Source: a virus (Duplodnaviria; Caudoviricetes). Taken from it: 58,092 bases of DNA. A program made the translations under genes and the position numbers. The notes under the pieces are model-generated. The model did not search any database. It was not told the origin of the DNA and saw nothing but the letters and a program-made list of their open reading frames with translations. How positions within the stretch are numbered: the first letter of the stretch is position 1; the number at the start of each line of letters is the position of its first letter. This document shows positions 26,805 through 36,025 of this stretch, piece by piece. The DNA lies in IMG/VR virus record IMGVR_UViG_3300037045_000348, positions 1-58,092 of that record, one strand, 5' to 3'.

Positions 26805-28217
26805 ATGAAGAAGAAGCGCTACTTGCTGGCGAAAGAGCTGGCGGGGACGGCTCCGTCCGAGATCTGCATTTTTCGGGCCGGCGTGAACCCGTCCTACCTT
26901 GGCCCGATCGTCTTTGATGCCGAGTCGGCGGCCGCCGTCATGGCTGCGTTCGAGGAGCGTGGTATTCGCCTGCATTTCGACTACGCGCACGCCCGGCCCA
27001 ACGCGCTCGAAGTGGCCGATCCAGACCCGCAGCACCAGAAGGCGGCCGGATGGTTCGACCTCGAGGTGAGGGAGAGTGAGGATGGCCCGGAACTGTGGGC
27101 AACGAAGATCAAATGGACGCCAGCCGCAAGGCAGGCAATCGAGGATCTTGAGTGGGGCTACTACTCGCCTTGGTTCGACATGGAAGTGAACACTGGGCGA
27201 GTCGTCGAGATCCGGAACATCGCCTTGACGAACGACCCGGCCATGCTGGGGCTCGCCTCCCTGACTCCGCTGGCAGCTGACCGGCGCTCGGTGACGCTGC
27301 AGGCGTCGGACCTCTCCTTCGAAGATATCAGTCGAGCGATCCGTAAGGCTCTCAGCGCCAAGCTTCCCGATGAGTGGCCCTACATCGAGGCTGTATACGA
27401 CGAATTCTTCGTCTACGAGCTTCACCAAAAACTGTTCCGGCGTGACTACGAGATCGTCGGACAGGACGCCACGTTGGGCGATGAGGTGGAGGAAGTCCAC
27501 CGCATTTACGAGCCAATCACGATGTCGCGGCCGCGCGACGAACGAACGCAGGTAAGCCGTGTGCTGAGTGCCACGGATTCCGCCAAGGCGGAGAAAGGAA
27601 GTTCCATCATGGAACGTACAGCTCTCATTCTGGCGCTCGGCCTGAAGTCCGACGCCACCGATGCCGAGGTGACTGCAGCGCTCAACGCGAAGCTGGGCGT
27701 GATTCAGACCCTCTTGACCCTCACCAACACCCAGGCGCTGGATCGTGCGGTATCGGCCGTGTCCGTGGCCCTGCAGACCACCCAGCGCGTTCTCGGGCTG
27801 ACCAACGCGGAGAGCCCCAGCGAAGCACTTGGCAAGCTCGAGGGCTGGGGCGAGAGCGCCAAGAAGCTCGATGAGGCCCAGTCGAAGATCGTCGAGCTCG
27901 AGAAGGGCGCCCGCGAGGCTCGCGTCAACGACCTCATCGCCAAGGGCATCTCCGAGAAGAAGGTCACCGTTGCGATGGAGTCGAACCTCCGAGCGATCGG
28001 TCTCGACGACCCCGACCGGCTCAAGGGCCTGATCGACACTCTCCCCGTTGTGTTGGCCTCCAAGCCCAGCAACATCGACGAGAGCTCTGCCGGGGCGACC
28101 GCCAGCGGCAAGAAGTGGGAGGAGCTGTCCCACACGCAGCGTGCTGCGCTCAAGCGCACCAACCCTGAACTCGCGAAGGCCCTCAAGGCCGAGCATTTGG
28201 CGCGGACTTCGGTCTGA
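26805..28217 (+). CDS. Prohead protease (Mu gpI-like) with a C-terminal scaffold
   Basis: FDYAH, AAGW, YYSPWF, IALTNDPA; possible internal start ATG 27609 after AAAGGA. Confidence 0.85.
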   Translation: MKKKRYLLAKELAGTAPSEICIFRAGVNPSYLGPIVFDAESAAAVMAAFEERGIRLHFDYAHARPNALEVADPDPQHQKAAGWFDLEVRESEDGPELWATKIKWTPAARQAIEDLEWGYYSPWFDMEVNTGRVVEIRNIALTNDPAMLGLASLTPLAADRRSVTLQASDLSFEDISRAIRKALSAKLPDEWPYIEAVYDEFFVYELHQKLFRRDYEIVGQDATLGDEVEEVHRIYEPITMSRPRDERTQVSRVLSATDSAKAEKGSSIMERTALILALGLKSDATDAEVTAALNAKLGVIQTLLTLTNTQALDRAVSAVSVALQTTQRVLGLTNAESPSEALGKLEGWGESAKKLDEAQSKIVELEKGAREARVNDLIAKGISEKKVTVAMESNLRAIGLDDPDRLKGLIDTLPVVLASKPSNIDESSAGATASGKKWEELSHTQRAALKRTNPELAKALKAEHLARTSV

Positions 28218-28232
28218 AGGAGCTGAAACACC

Positions 28233-29117
28233 ATGGCAACAAAGATCACCGACTTGGTAGATGTGGAGGAGCTCACCGAAGCTGTCTCCGCTCGTTTCGC
28301 GGCTGGCGCCAACGCCCTGTGGGGCACCGGCGCTGCCATTCTCAACTCGTCCTTCCCCGGCGGGCCTGACGCCGTCGGCACGAAGGTCAAGGTCCCCTAC
28401 TTCGGCTCGATCGGAGAGTGGGAGTCGCTCGCCGACGGTTCCGCTTTCACGCCGACCAAGATCACGCAGACCGAGGAGGAAGCCACGGTCCACCGGATCG
28501 GCAAGGCGTTCTCCATCACGGACTGGGCTCGCATGGCCGGGGCCAAGGGCGAGGGTGGCAAGGACCCGTACGAGGAGGCCGCCGAGCAGGCCGTCGCGGG
28601 CTTCGAAGGCGCGATCGATCGCATGCTCATCCTCTCCTTCGTGGCGAGCCTGCCCGCGATGACGGTGGACGTCTACAGCGCCACCACGCCCCGGACGATC
28701 GACAGCGACCTGGTCATCGACGGCCGCGCCAAGTGGGGAGACGAAGCGGGTGCCCGCGCTTTGCTCATGGCCCACAGCAAGGTCGAGAACGACATGTGGA
28801 AGCTCAAGGACGCCACGGGACGCAACCTGCTCGTCAGTCCGCAGACCGGCGGGCTGAGCACGTTCGTGGGCTATCCGGTCGGCATGAGCGACCGTCTCGC
28901 CGCGGCCGCGGGTGTCACCCCGGCGAAGTACACCACGGTCCTGGCGAACCCGGGAGCGGGGGTGTGCTGGTACAACGGCACGCCCGAAGTGGAGATTGGC
29001 CGCGACATTCTCGCTGGCGCCGATGTCATCGTGGTCTCGACCTACGCGGTCGTGCACCGTTACAAGCGCCTACCCGGCAAGACGAAGCCCGGCGTGGCTC
29101 TTCTCTTCCACAACTGA
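28233..29117 (+). CDS. Major capsid protein
   Basis: Position, size (294 aa), GTKVKVPYFGSIG and GKAFSITD motifs, strong SD. Confidence 0.8.
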   Translation: MATKITDLVDVEELTEAVSARFAAGANALWGTGAAILNSSFPGGPDAVGTKVKVPYFGSIGEWESLADGSAFTPTKITQTEEEATVHRIGKAFSITDWARMAGAKGEGGKDPYEEAAEQAVAGFEGAIDRMLILSFVASLPAMTVDVYSATTPRTIDSDLVIDGRAKWGDEAGARALLMAHSKVENDMWKLKDATGRNLLVSPQTGGLSTFVGYPVGMSDRLAAAAGVTPAKYTTVLANPGAGVCWYNGTPEVEIGRDILAGADVIVVSTYAVVHRYKRLPGKTKPGVALLFHN

Positions 29118-29125
29118 GGCGCGGC

Positions 29126-29416
29126 ATGGCGAACGAGTCGATGCTGCTGCACCACCGGCGGGTGCTCACCATGCAGTCGCACGGAGCGGACGAGCGCAAG
29201 TCGGAGCTGGGCGGGGTGTACCGCAAGATCCGGGACACCGAGGTGTCTGGCACCGACCTGCCCGCCGACTTCCCCCGCCGGTCGGAGGTTCTGGCTGCTG
29301 GTTACGCGGCAGTCGAGGACCTTCAAGACGCAACCGAGGACGAGCTCGTCCGCAGGGGTATGTCCCGGCGGGCGGCCAAGTCCGTCCTGTCCGCCCTCGC
29401 GGCGATGGAGACCTGA
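29126..29416 (+). CDS. Small head-region protein with an HhH-like motif
   Basis: AGYAAVEDLQDATEDELVRRGM. Confidence 0.55.
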   Translation: MANESMLLHHRRVLTMQSHGADERKSELGGVYRKIRDTEVSGTDLPADFPRRSEVLAAGYAAVEDLQDATEDELVRRGMSRRAAKSVLSALAAMET

Positions 29417-29418
29417 CC

Positions 29419-29778
29419 ATGGGATCGTACAAGAACGAACGGACCCGGCGCATGGAGCACTACGACACGGTGGAGCTCGCCAACGTGGGCGTCGGTGGGG
29501 ACTCTGGGGAAGGAACTCTGGTGGAAGTGGGGGCTCGCGGCACTCTGCTTCTTGACCTCGATGTGCTCGAACTCGGAGCGGGGACAACGCTTACGGTCAC
29601 CCTCAAGACCTCGAAAGACGGGGTTGCCTGGAGGACGCTCGGCGCCTTCGCTGCGGCAGCAGCCCCCGGTTCCGAGCGGAAGTCGTTCCCCGGGAGCGAC
29701 CGATACGCAAGGGCCGATTGGGCTCTCGCAGGCGGGACAACGACCGCCTCGTTCACGGTAACCGGCGAGGCCGTCTAG
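29419..29778 (+). CDS. Beta-sandwich virion protein
   Basis: LKTSKDGVAWRT...DRYARADW; similar to the N-terminus of 31692..32402. Confidence 0.6.
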   Translation: MGSYKNERTRRMEHYDTVELANVGVGGDSGEGTLVEVGARGTLLLDLDVLELGAGTTLTVTLKTSKDGVAWRTLGAFAAAAAPGSERKSFPGSDRYARADWALAGGTTTASFTVTGEAV

Positions 29779-29830
29779 CCTCAATCAATCGATGTTTGGC
29801 GCCGCCCATCGCGGCTGAAAGGAACGGATC

Positions 29831-30565
29831 ATGTTCTCTCCCTACGGGTTTCCGCAGAATGGCGCTCGCCTGCTGCTGGCCGTCATCGTGGCCAGCACGG
29901 CGAACGTCGCCGACCTCACCTCCTGCTCCACCACGATGGACGGGGTCACCCTCGAAGAGGGCAACCTCGTCCTGCTCAAGAACCAGACAGCGACCGAAGA
30001 CAATGGCGTCTACAAGGTCGGAAAGGTCGAAGACACCCACGCTCCGCTGACTCGACACGATCTTGCGGACATTGCCATGGCCAACGGCGGAGGCGTCCAC
30101 GTCTACGTTGCCAAGGGAACGCTGAACGCGGGGCTCGAGTACGCCCTGACGACGGCCGGAACCATCGTCATCGGCACAACCTCCCTCGCCTTCACGCAGC
30201 GTCCGACGCAGGCGGCTGTCACCTCGCTCGAGACGCGCCTGTCTGGAGCGGAGAGCGTCGGAGAGCTGAGTTCCGAGTCGGTCTACACCTCCCTGACCAC
30301 CAGGGTCAGCACCGAGGAAGCAACCCGATCGACGGCCGACGCTTCTCTGACGACGCGAGTGAGCACCGAGGAAAGCACTCGGACGAGCGCGGACACCTCG
30401 CTCACCGCGAAGGACTCGGTCAACCTGTCCACCGCCCTGTCCACGATCGCTGCGCTCGACACGGCCGTCTCGGGCGATGTGGCGAGCCTCGACACCGTGT
30501 ACTCCGCCGAGGTCGCGAGCATCGACACGCGGATTTCGTCCCTCATCGCCAGCATCGACGGCTGA
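29831..30565 (+). CDS. Ser/Thr-rich head/neck fibre-like protein
   Basis: DGVTL..VLLKNQT...NGVY head domain plus SLTTRVSTEE repeats. Confidence 0.65.
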   Translation: MFSPYGFPQNGARLLLAVIVASTANVADLTSCSTTMDGVTLEEGNLVLLKNQTATEDNGVYKVGKVEDTHAPLTRHDLADIAMANGGGVHVYVAKGTLNAGLEYALTTAGTIVIGTTSLAFTQRPTQAAVTSLETRLSGAESVGELSSESVYTSLTTRVSTEEATRSTADASLTTRVSTEESTRTSADTSLTAKDSVNLSTALSTIAALDTAVSGDVASLDTVYSAEVASIDTRISSLIASIDG

Positions 30566-31695
30566 TGAGCAAAGACCGACCCACCGTAGGAGTGACCTTT
30601 TTCCTTCACAAGAAGGAGAAGGGTGTCAGCATCTGGAACAACGGGGCCACACAGAACTGCGTGTTCTTGCTGAACCTGCTGCAGGCGTCCTCCATGGTGG
30701 GGAAGGTCTACGCGATCAACGCTGGGCACGATGAGCCACCTTCGGGGGCCATGATGCTCGACGGGATCGAGTTCGTGCGCCTCGAGGACGTGGTGGACGA
30801 GCTCGACTTGCTCATTGAGTGCGGCGGCCAGATAGGTCCGGAGCCAGCGGCCCGCGTCCGATGCAATGGTGGGCGCGTCGTCGGGTACAGGTTCGGCAAT
30901 TCGTGGCTCATCGACATGGAGCGAGTCATGTTTCGCGGGGAGCCTGGCTCGGTTCTCAATGGCACTGTGTTCGACGCGGTGTGGACCAATGCACAGCACC
31001 TGCGCACGAACGCAGCCTACTGGGAGACCGTCTACAGATGTCCGGTTCGGTGTCTCCCGCACATCTGGCAGCCGACCTTTGTTGACAGGGCGATCGAGGA
31101 GATTCGCGCGGCCGGAGAGCACGAGTTCGGGTACGCCCCAGGCCGCAAAGCAAAGCGGCTGAGTGTGCTTGAGCCGAACATGAACGTCGTCAAGTTCTGC
31201 GGCGTTCCACTCTTGGTCGCTGAGCAAGCGTATCGCCGCTGCCCAGATCGAATCGAACACCTTTGGGTGACCAACGCCCTCGGGATCAAGACCCACGAGA
31301 CCTTCGTGCGGATGGTGACGAGCTTGGACCTACAAGCGGCCAAGAAGGTCAGCTTCGAGGGACGGTACAACACCCCGTTCTGGCTGGCTTCGCGAACGGA
31401 CGTGGTGGTGAGTCACCAGTGGGAAAACGGCCTGAACTACGCCTATTACGACGCCCTGTACGGGCACTATCCGCTCGTGCACAACTCGCAGTTGCTGCCC
31501 TATGGGGTGGGGTACCGATACGACGGGTTCGACGCGGTGGGTGGCGGGCGGCTCCTCGCCTCTGTCCTCCAGTCCCACGACTCCAGGCATGAGCGGTACG
31601 CAAAGCGGTGTGACGACTTCCTGCAAACCGTGCTGGCGACGTCTCCCAAGAACATCCAGGCGCATGAGCGGGCCATCGAGGAACTCTGGGCATGA
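30565..31695 (+). CDS. DUF2827-family protein (glycosyltransferase-like)
   Basis: IWNNGATQN, PHIWQP, EPNMNVVK, VVSHQWENGLNYAYYDALYGHYPLVHNS. Confidence 0.75.
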   Translation: MSKDRPTVGVTFFLHKKEKGVSIWNNGATQNCVFLLNLLQASSMVGKVYAINAGHDEPPSGAMMLDGIEFVRLEDVVDELDLLIECGGQIGPEPAARVRCNGGRVVGYRFGNSWLIDMERVMFRGEPGSVLNGTVFDAVWTNAQHLRTNAAYWETVYRCPVRCLPHIWQPTFVDRAIEEIRAAGEHEFGYAPGRKAKRLSVLEPNMNVVKFCGVPLLVAEQAYRRCPDRIEHLWVTNALGIKTHETFVRMVTSLDLQAAKKVSFEGRYNTPFWLASRTDVVVSHQWENGLNYAYYDALYGHYPLVHNSQLLPYGVGYRYDGFDAVGGGRLLASVLQSHDSRHERYAKRCDDFLQTVLATSPKNIQAHERAIEELWA

Positions 31696-32402
31696 ACAAG
31701 CTGCCGATCACACTGCAGCCGATAACAACGGTTGCCTCTTCGGGCAGCGGGGAGTCCGTCGACATCGGCGAGCTTCGCGCGGCCGCGAAGTTGCGCGTAG
31801 TCGTGGCTGCGCTCGAGGGGACCGACCCGTCACTGATAGTGCGAGTCGAGACATCTCCCGACGATCTCACCTGGAGAACGGTGGACTCGGTCGCCATGGG
31901 AGCCGCGAGCTCCGCGGAGCTCGTGGTGGTTGGGCTGGACAGGTACGTGCGGGCGGTGTGGACGCTGACAGGGTCGTATGTCACGCTCGGCGTATCCGGA
32001 GGCGCTCGCCAACTGTTCGCCACCGAGAAGGACCTCGAGTCGCTCAGTCTTGGTTCGGACATTCTCGAGGACGCGGACCAGCAGAAGAAGAATCGGGCCC
32101 TGGTACATGGTAGCGACCTGGCGGCCGGCTACCTCGGAGCCCAGTACGATATGCCGCTGCTGAGCTGGGGGGACGACCTGTCTGGGCATACGGCAGCCGT
32201 CTCAGCCTACCGGTTCATGGTGTCGATTGGGTTCGCTCCCGAGGGGAGCGACGAACACATCCGCACCATGTACGAGGACGCCATTCGGTGGTTCGAGCGC
32301 GTGGCTGAGGGGAAGATCGCTCCGGACGACATCGTTGACAGCGCTCCAGAGCAAGACACTGGAGGAGCCTTCGTCTACACGAAATCCTTGAGGGGGTGGT
32401 AA
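31692..32402 (+). CDS. Head-tail connector (Mu gp36/DUF1320-like) with an extra N-terminal beta domain
   Basis: GYLGAQYDMPL...YEDAIRWFERVAEGKI. Confidence 0.75.
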   Translation: MNKLPITLQPITTVASSGSGESVDIGELRAAAKLRVVVAALEGTDPSLIVRVETSPDDLTWRTVDSVAMGAASSAELVVVGLDRYVRAVWTLTGSYVTLGVSGGARQLFATEKDLESLSLGSDILEDADQQKKNRALVHGSDLAAGYLGAQYDMPLLSWGDDLSGHTAAVSAYRFMVSIGFAPEGSDEHIRTMYEDAIRWFERVAEGKIAPDDIVDSAPEQDTGGAFVYTKSLRGW

Positions 32403-32965
32403 TGGGTGGTGTGGTTGGCGACTTCGGGAAAGCGCGCAAGCTGGGCGCGCAATTCCGCCAACTCTCGACCCCTTCGAAGAAGCAAGCGTTCGTCGCGAAC
32501 CTCGCAGAGGAATACCGCGACTTCATGATGGACTGCTTCCAGCAGTCGCGAAGTCCGTACGGTGAGAAGTGGGCCCCGCTCAAGTTCCGATCGAGCGCGA
32601 ACGGCCGAGGACAGAAGCCTCTCATGAACTCTGGGCTGATGCGCGCGGCAGCGACACCCATCGCTGTGACCGCGGCCGGGTGGAAGGTGAGCGTCGGTAG
32701 GATCTACGCTACCACGCACCAGCACGGCGCCGTTATCGTGCCAAAGCGCAAGAAGGTTCTTCGATGGGCAGGCGCCAGCTTCACGCAAGTGGGCAAGGGC
32801 ACTCGCGGACAGCATGCGAAGCGCAGCGCGTCCGGCTTCGTGTTTGCCCGCCGAGTCGTCATCCCGGCGAGACCATTCGCTCCCCTGAATGGAATGCCCC
32901 CAGAGCTTGACATGCGAGCCAGGGCCGCGGCGGACGACTTCATGCGAGCACACTTCGGGGGATGA
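32402..32965 (+). CDS. Virion morphogenesis / tail completion protein (Mu gpG-like)
   Basis: PYGEKWAPL, PLMNSGLM, YATTHQHG, IPARPF. Confidence 0.8.
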   Translation: MGGVVGDFGKARKLGAQFRQLSTPSKKQAFVANLAEEYRDFMMDCFQQSRSPYGEKWAPLKFRSSANGRGQKPLMNSGLMRAAATPIAVTAAGWKVSVGRIYATTHQHGAVIVPKRKKVLRWAGASFTQVGKGTRGQHAKRSASGFVFARRVVIPARPFAPLNGMPPELDMRARAAADDFMRAHFGG

Positions 32966-32968
32966 TAA

Positions 32969-33160
32969 ATGGCCAACACTATCATATACCGCAGCTACGG
33001 CCGTACCCGACGCCGCGACGCCAATGATCCACCCTACACCCCAACTCCCACAGAACTCAGAGAGTGGCGAAGGACGGTCTGGCTGTCCAGAACCTGTGTG
33101 TTGATCATCACAATCGGCTTCGTAGTGCTCTTCCTCAAAGCGACGTCCTGTGGACAGTAG
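32969..33160 (+). CDS. Small membrane protein
   Basis: C-terminal hydrophobic helix. Confidence 0.4.
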   Translation: MANTIIYRSYGRTRRRDANDPPYTPTPTELREWRRTVWLSRTCVLIITIGFVVLFLKATSCGQ

Positions 33161-33163
33161 ACG

Positions 33164-33646
33164 ATGACGAAGTGCAACATCGAAGAACTGATGGACTCGG
33201 TGGTCCAGCAGATCGGCCCCTCTGCAGTCCCCCACCTGTTTGGAAGAAAGAAGCTCCATGAACGGGGCGCTCCTCCGCGAGTGGTTTGGGCGCTGGCAGA
33301 ATCGGACTTCGCCGGCGGGTCGCCGGGCGGCAACCCTCGCAGGCTCTGGACCGAGCAGCAACTCGTCGAGATCCACGTATGGGGCAGAGACGCCGCCCAG
33401 GTTCGAGACTTGTGGAGGAACGACCTGGTCGCGCTGCAGCGCCTGGCTTCCACCGCAGCGCATCCGCGCCGAGTGACCCCTGGAGCGGAGTCCGAGCACT
33501 GGCTGACCAACGGCGAAGCAGTGGTTTTGACCGTCACGATCGACGTGCCGGTTCTGGACGAGATCGTCCCCACCTCCCCGATGACGGGGTGGACCTACGA
33601 GAGCGATTCCACCTGGGGCTACGGGTGGATCGGGGCTGGCACATAA
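33164..33646 (+). CDS. Putative tail terminator
   Basis: Position before the sheath gene; PPRVVW, VEIHVWG. Confidence 0.55.
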   Translation: MTKCNIEELMDSVVQQIGPSAVPHLFGRKKLHERGAPPRVVWALAESDFAGGSPGGNPRRLWTEQQLVEIHVWGRDAAQVRDLWRNDLVALQRLASTAAHPRRVTPGAESEHWLTNGEAVVLTVTIDVPVLDEIVPTSPMTGWTYESDSTWGYGWIGAGT

Positions 33647-33672
33647 CAACCCCCTCCAACGAGGAGTGAACG

Positions 33673-35073
33673 ATGAGCAATCTGGGCGGCGTGCGCAACA
33701 CGGTGGGCGACGGCGGGCTGGGGACAGTTCCGGCCAGCGTCGAGAACGAAATGGTCGTGTTCGGTGTGGCAAAGGGCGGCACCCCCAATACGGTCTACAG
33801 CTATTCCGACAAAGACGATGCGCTCGAGGACCTCGAAAGGGGACCGCTGGCGCAGGCCGCCGCGTACCTGCTCGGCACCGGGGCCATCAAGGTCGTTCCG
33901 GTCACCTCCGACGTCGCTGGCGTCGCAAGCGCGGTTACGAAGGTTGGAGACGGCCCGGACGTGACAGTCGCAGGCGAGCCCAATGACGCGTACTCGGTGG
34001 TGGTGGTCATCACCAAGGCGGGCGCCCTGGGGGCCGGGGAGTTCAAGTACTCCCTCAACGGCAACGTCGCCAATCCGAAGTACTCCGGCACGTTCCAGAT
34101 CCCGGCTGGCGGGGATTACGAGATCCCCGGCACAGACCTCACGTTCACGTTCGGTGTCGGCCTCTACGGCTTGGGAACCACGTACTCGACCGACTGCACT
34201 GCTCCCGGTTTCACCACCACCGAGCTCAATGCCGCGGTCGACGCGTATCTCGCGACGCCGTTTCAGGCTTCGCTCTTCTTCGTCGTTGGGACCCCAGCCG
34301 ACGCAGCGGAAACGGTGGATCTGGTGACGGCCCTGCAGGCCAAGCTCACGGCGGCCGAGACAGCCAAGCGATTCATTCGCGCGTTCGTCGAGGCCGCGGA
34401 CGACAGCGACGTGAACTTGCTCACTGCGACCATCAACACGGTGGCAAAGCGCGTCGTGTGCAGCGGCGGGTTCGTCGAGCTGTACAGTGACGTGGACGGC
34501 GCCTTCTACAAGCGGAGCGGCGCGTGGACGATGGCCCGCAGGGCCCTCGGCACCAAGGTCAACACCCACATCGGACGCGTGAAGGACGGCACCCTCGATG
34601 GCGTCCGAGCGCTGCTCCGGGACGAGCGTGTAACTCCCGGGCTCGGCAATGACCAGGCGCGTTTCTGCGTTCTGCGCACCTACGTGGAAAAGGCCGGCTT
34701 CTACGTCGAAGACGACTACACGATGGCGCCCCAGGGGTCGGACTTCTCCCAGCTCCGCAACGGCCGAGTCATGGACAAGGCCCTGCGCATCGCAGGCGCC
34801 TTCCTCATCGACTTGGTGCACGACGACTTCGAACTCCAGCCGAACGGCACACTGGCCGAACACGAGGTGCGAAGGATCGAGGAGTACGTGGGGCAGGGCA
34901 TCAAGAACGGAGTGGTCGACGCTGGCAACGCTTCTGCCTCCCGATTCGTGGTCAACCGCACCACCGACTTCGGAGCCACGCGCACCATCCGGTGCAAGAC
35001 CCTCATTCAGATCCGCCCGGATGCCAAGTGGATCGATCACGACATCACATTGACTCGCACCGTGAGCGAGTAA
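33673..35073 (+). CDS. Tail sheath protein (DUF2586-like)
   Basis: DGGLG N-terminus, IGRVKDG, LRTY..GFY, SDFSQL...RVMDKA. Confidence 0.85.
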   Translation: MSNLGGVRNTVGDGGLGTVPASVENEMVVFGVAKGGTPNTVYSYSDKDDALEDLERGPLAQAAAYLLGTGAIKVVPVTSDVAGVASAVTKVGDGPDVTVAGEPNDAYSVVVVITKAGALGAGEFKYSLNGNVANPKYSGTFQIPAGGDYEIPGTDLTFTFGVGLYGLGTTYSTDCTAPGFTTTELNAAVDAYLATPFQASLFFVVGTPADAAETVDLVTALQAKLTAAETAKRFIRAFVEAADDSDVNLLTATINTVAKRVVCSGGFVELYSDVDGAFYKRSGAWTMARRALGTKVNTHIGRVKDGTLDGVRALLRDERVTPGLGNDQARFCVLRTYVEKAGFYVEDDYTMAPQGSDFSQLRNGRVMDKALRIAGAFLIDLVHDDFELQPNGTLAEHEVRRIEEYVGQGIKNGVVDAGNASASRFVVNRTTDFGATRTIRCKTLIQIRPDAKWIDHDITLTRTVSE

Positions 35074-35083
35074 GGAGCAAGCC

Positions 35084-35539
35084 ATGGGACAATTTCTCGT
35101 CAACGGACATGAGTACAGCTTCACGTCCATCAGGGCAGGCCTGGGCAAGCTCAAAGGGGACCTGCTCTCGGCAGTGAACTACTCTGATGGGCTCGAGCCG
35201 GGCAAGGTCAAGGGCGGAGATGGCACGACCATCGGGATGACCAAGGGGGACTACGACGCAGACGCCTCCCTCGAGTTTCACACACGCCGTCACTTCCAGG
35301 AGTTCTTCGACAGCCTGGGGCCGTACCCGTACGAGGTCTTCTTCCCCCTCGTGTGCTCGTACTCCGAGACGAACGTGACCCCCGTCATCACGGACACCGT
35401 CCCACTGTGCCGGATCAAGAAGTCCAGCGTGGACGCCAGCAAGGGCAACAACGAAGCCATTCCGGTCAAGATCGAGCTCGCGGTGGGCGGAGTCATTCTC
35501 TGGAACGGAAAGCCTGGCGTGAGCCAGCGACAGGATTGA
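35084..35539 (+). CDS. Tail tube protein
   Basis: Follows the sheath gene; NGHEYSF, GMTKGDY. Confidence 0.75.
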   Translation: MGQFLVNGHEYSFTSIRAGLGKLKGDLLSAVNYSDGLEPGKVKGGDGTTIGMTKGDYDADASLEFHTRRHFQEFFDSLGPYPYEVFFPLVCSYSETNVTPVITDTVPLCRIKKSSVDASKGNNEAIPVKIELAVGGVILWNGKPGVSQRQD

Positions 35540-35550
35540 GGAGGCAGAAC

Positions 35551-35880
35551 GTGACGAAGCAGAAGGTCGACGACCAAACGATCCAGGAACTGAAGGCGAA
35601 GCACAAGACACTGTACTTGCTCACCGACGAGGATGGCGACGAGTACGTGTGCAAGGGACCGACGGTCCCCGAAGTCGAGCGCTTCCTTCAGGACGGAGGG
35701 GACAAGAAGGGAGAGAAGCTCGAGGCCTTCCGGGGGCTGGCAATGTCCTGCGTCGTGTGGCCCGACGGCGAGAAGCTGGCCGCCATTGCCGACGAGTTCC
35801 CGTTCATCGTCGTGACGCTCGGAAACAAGCTCTCTGAGCTTGCCAAGCTCCACGAGAAGGTTCGCGTAAAAAAACTCTGA
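35551..35880 (+). CDS. Tail assembly chaperone; a -1 frameshift extends it to 36029
   Basis: GTG with SD GAGGAGG; A AAA AAA slippery site at 35868-35874; -1 frame open to the TGA overlapping the tape-measure ATG. Confidence 0.8.
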   Translation: MTKQKVDDQTIQELKAKHKTLYLLTDEDGDEYVCKGPTVPEVERFLQDGGDKKGEKLEAFRGLAMSCVVWPDGEKLAAIADEFPFIVVTLGNKLSELAKLHEKVRVKKL

Positions 35881-36025
35881 GCCGCTACCGCGAGGCGGTG
35901 GCGAAACCGCATGTGGCAGCGGAATGTCTCAAGTCAGCGTACCGCGACGAGGAAGGCGACGACGCAACAATCGGATGGCAGCTTGTAGCTGAGTTCATGC
36001 ACGTGATGCGAAAGGCACACTCCGA

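Noticed and set aside
23132-29057. Long minus-strand ORFs (715 aa, 827 aa) and similar shadow ORFs elsewhere
   Set aside because: They are antisense to well-supported structural genes, show no motifs, and are expected in high-GC DNA
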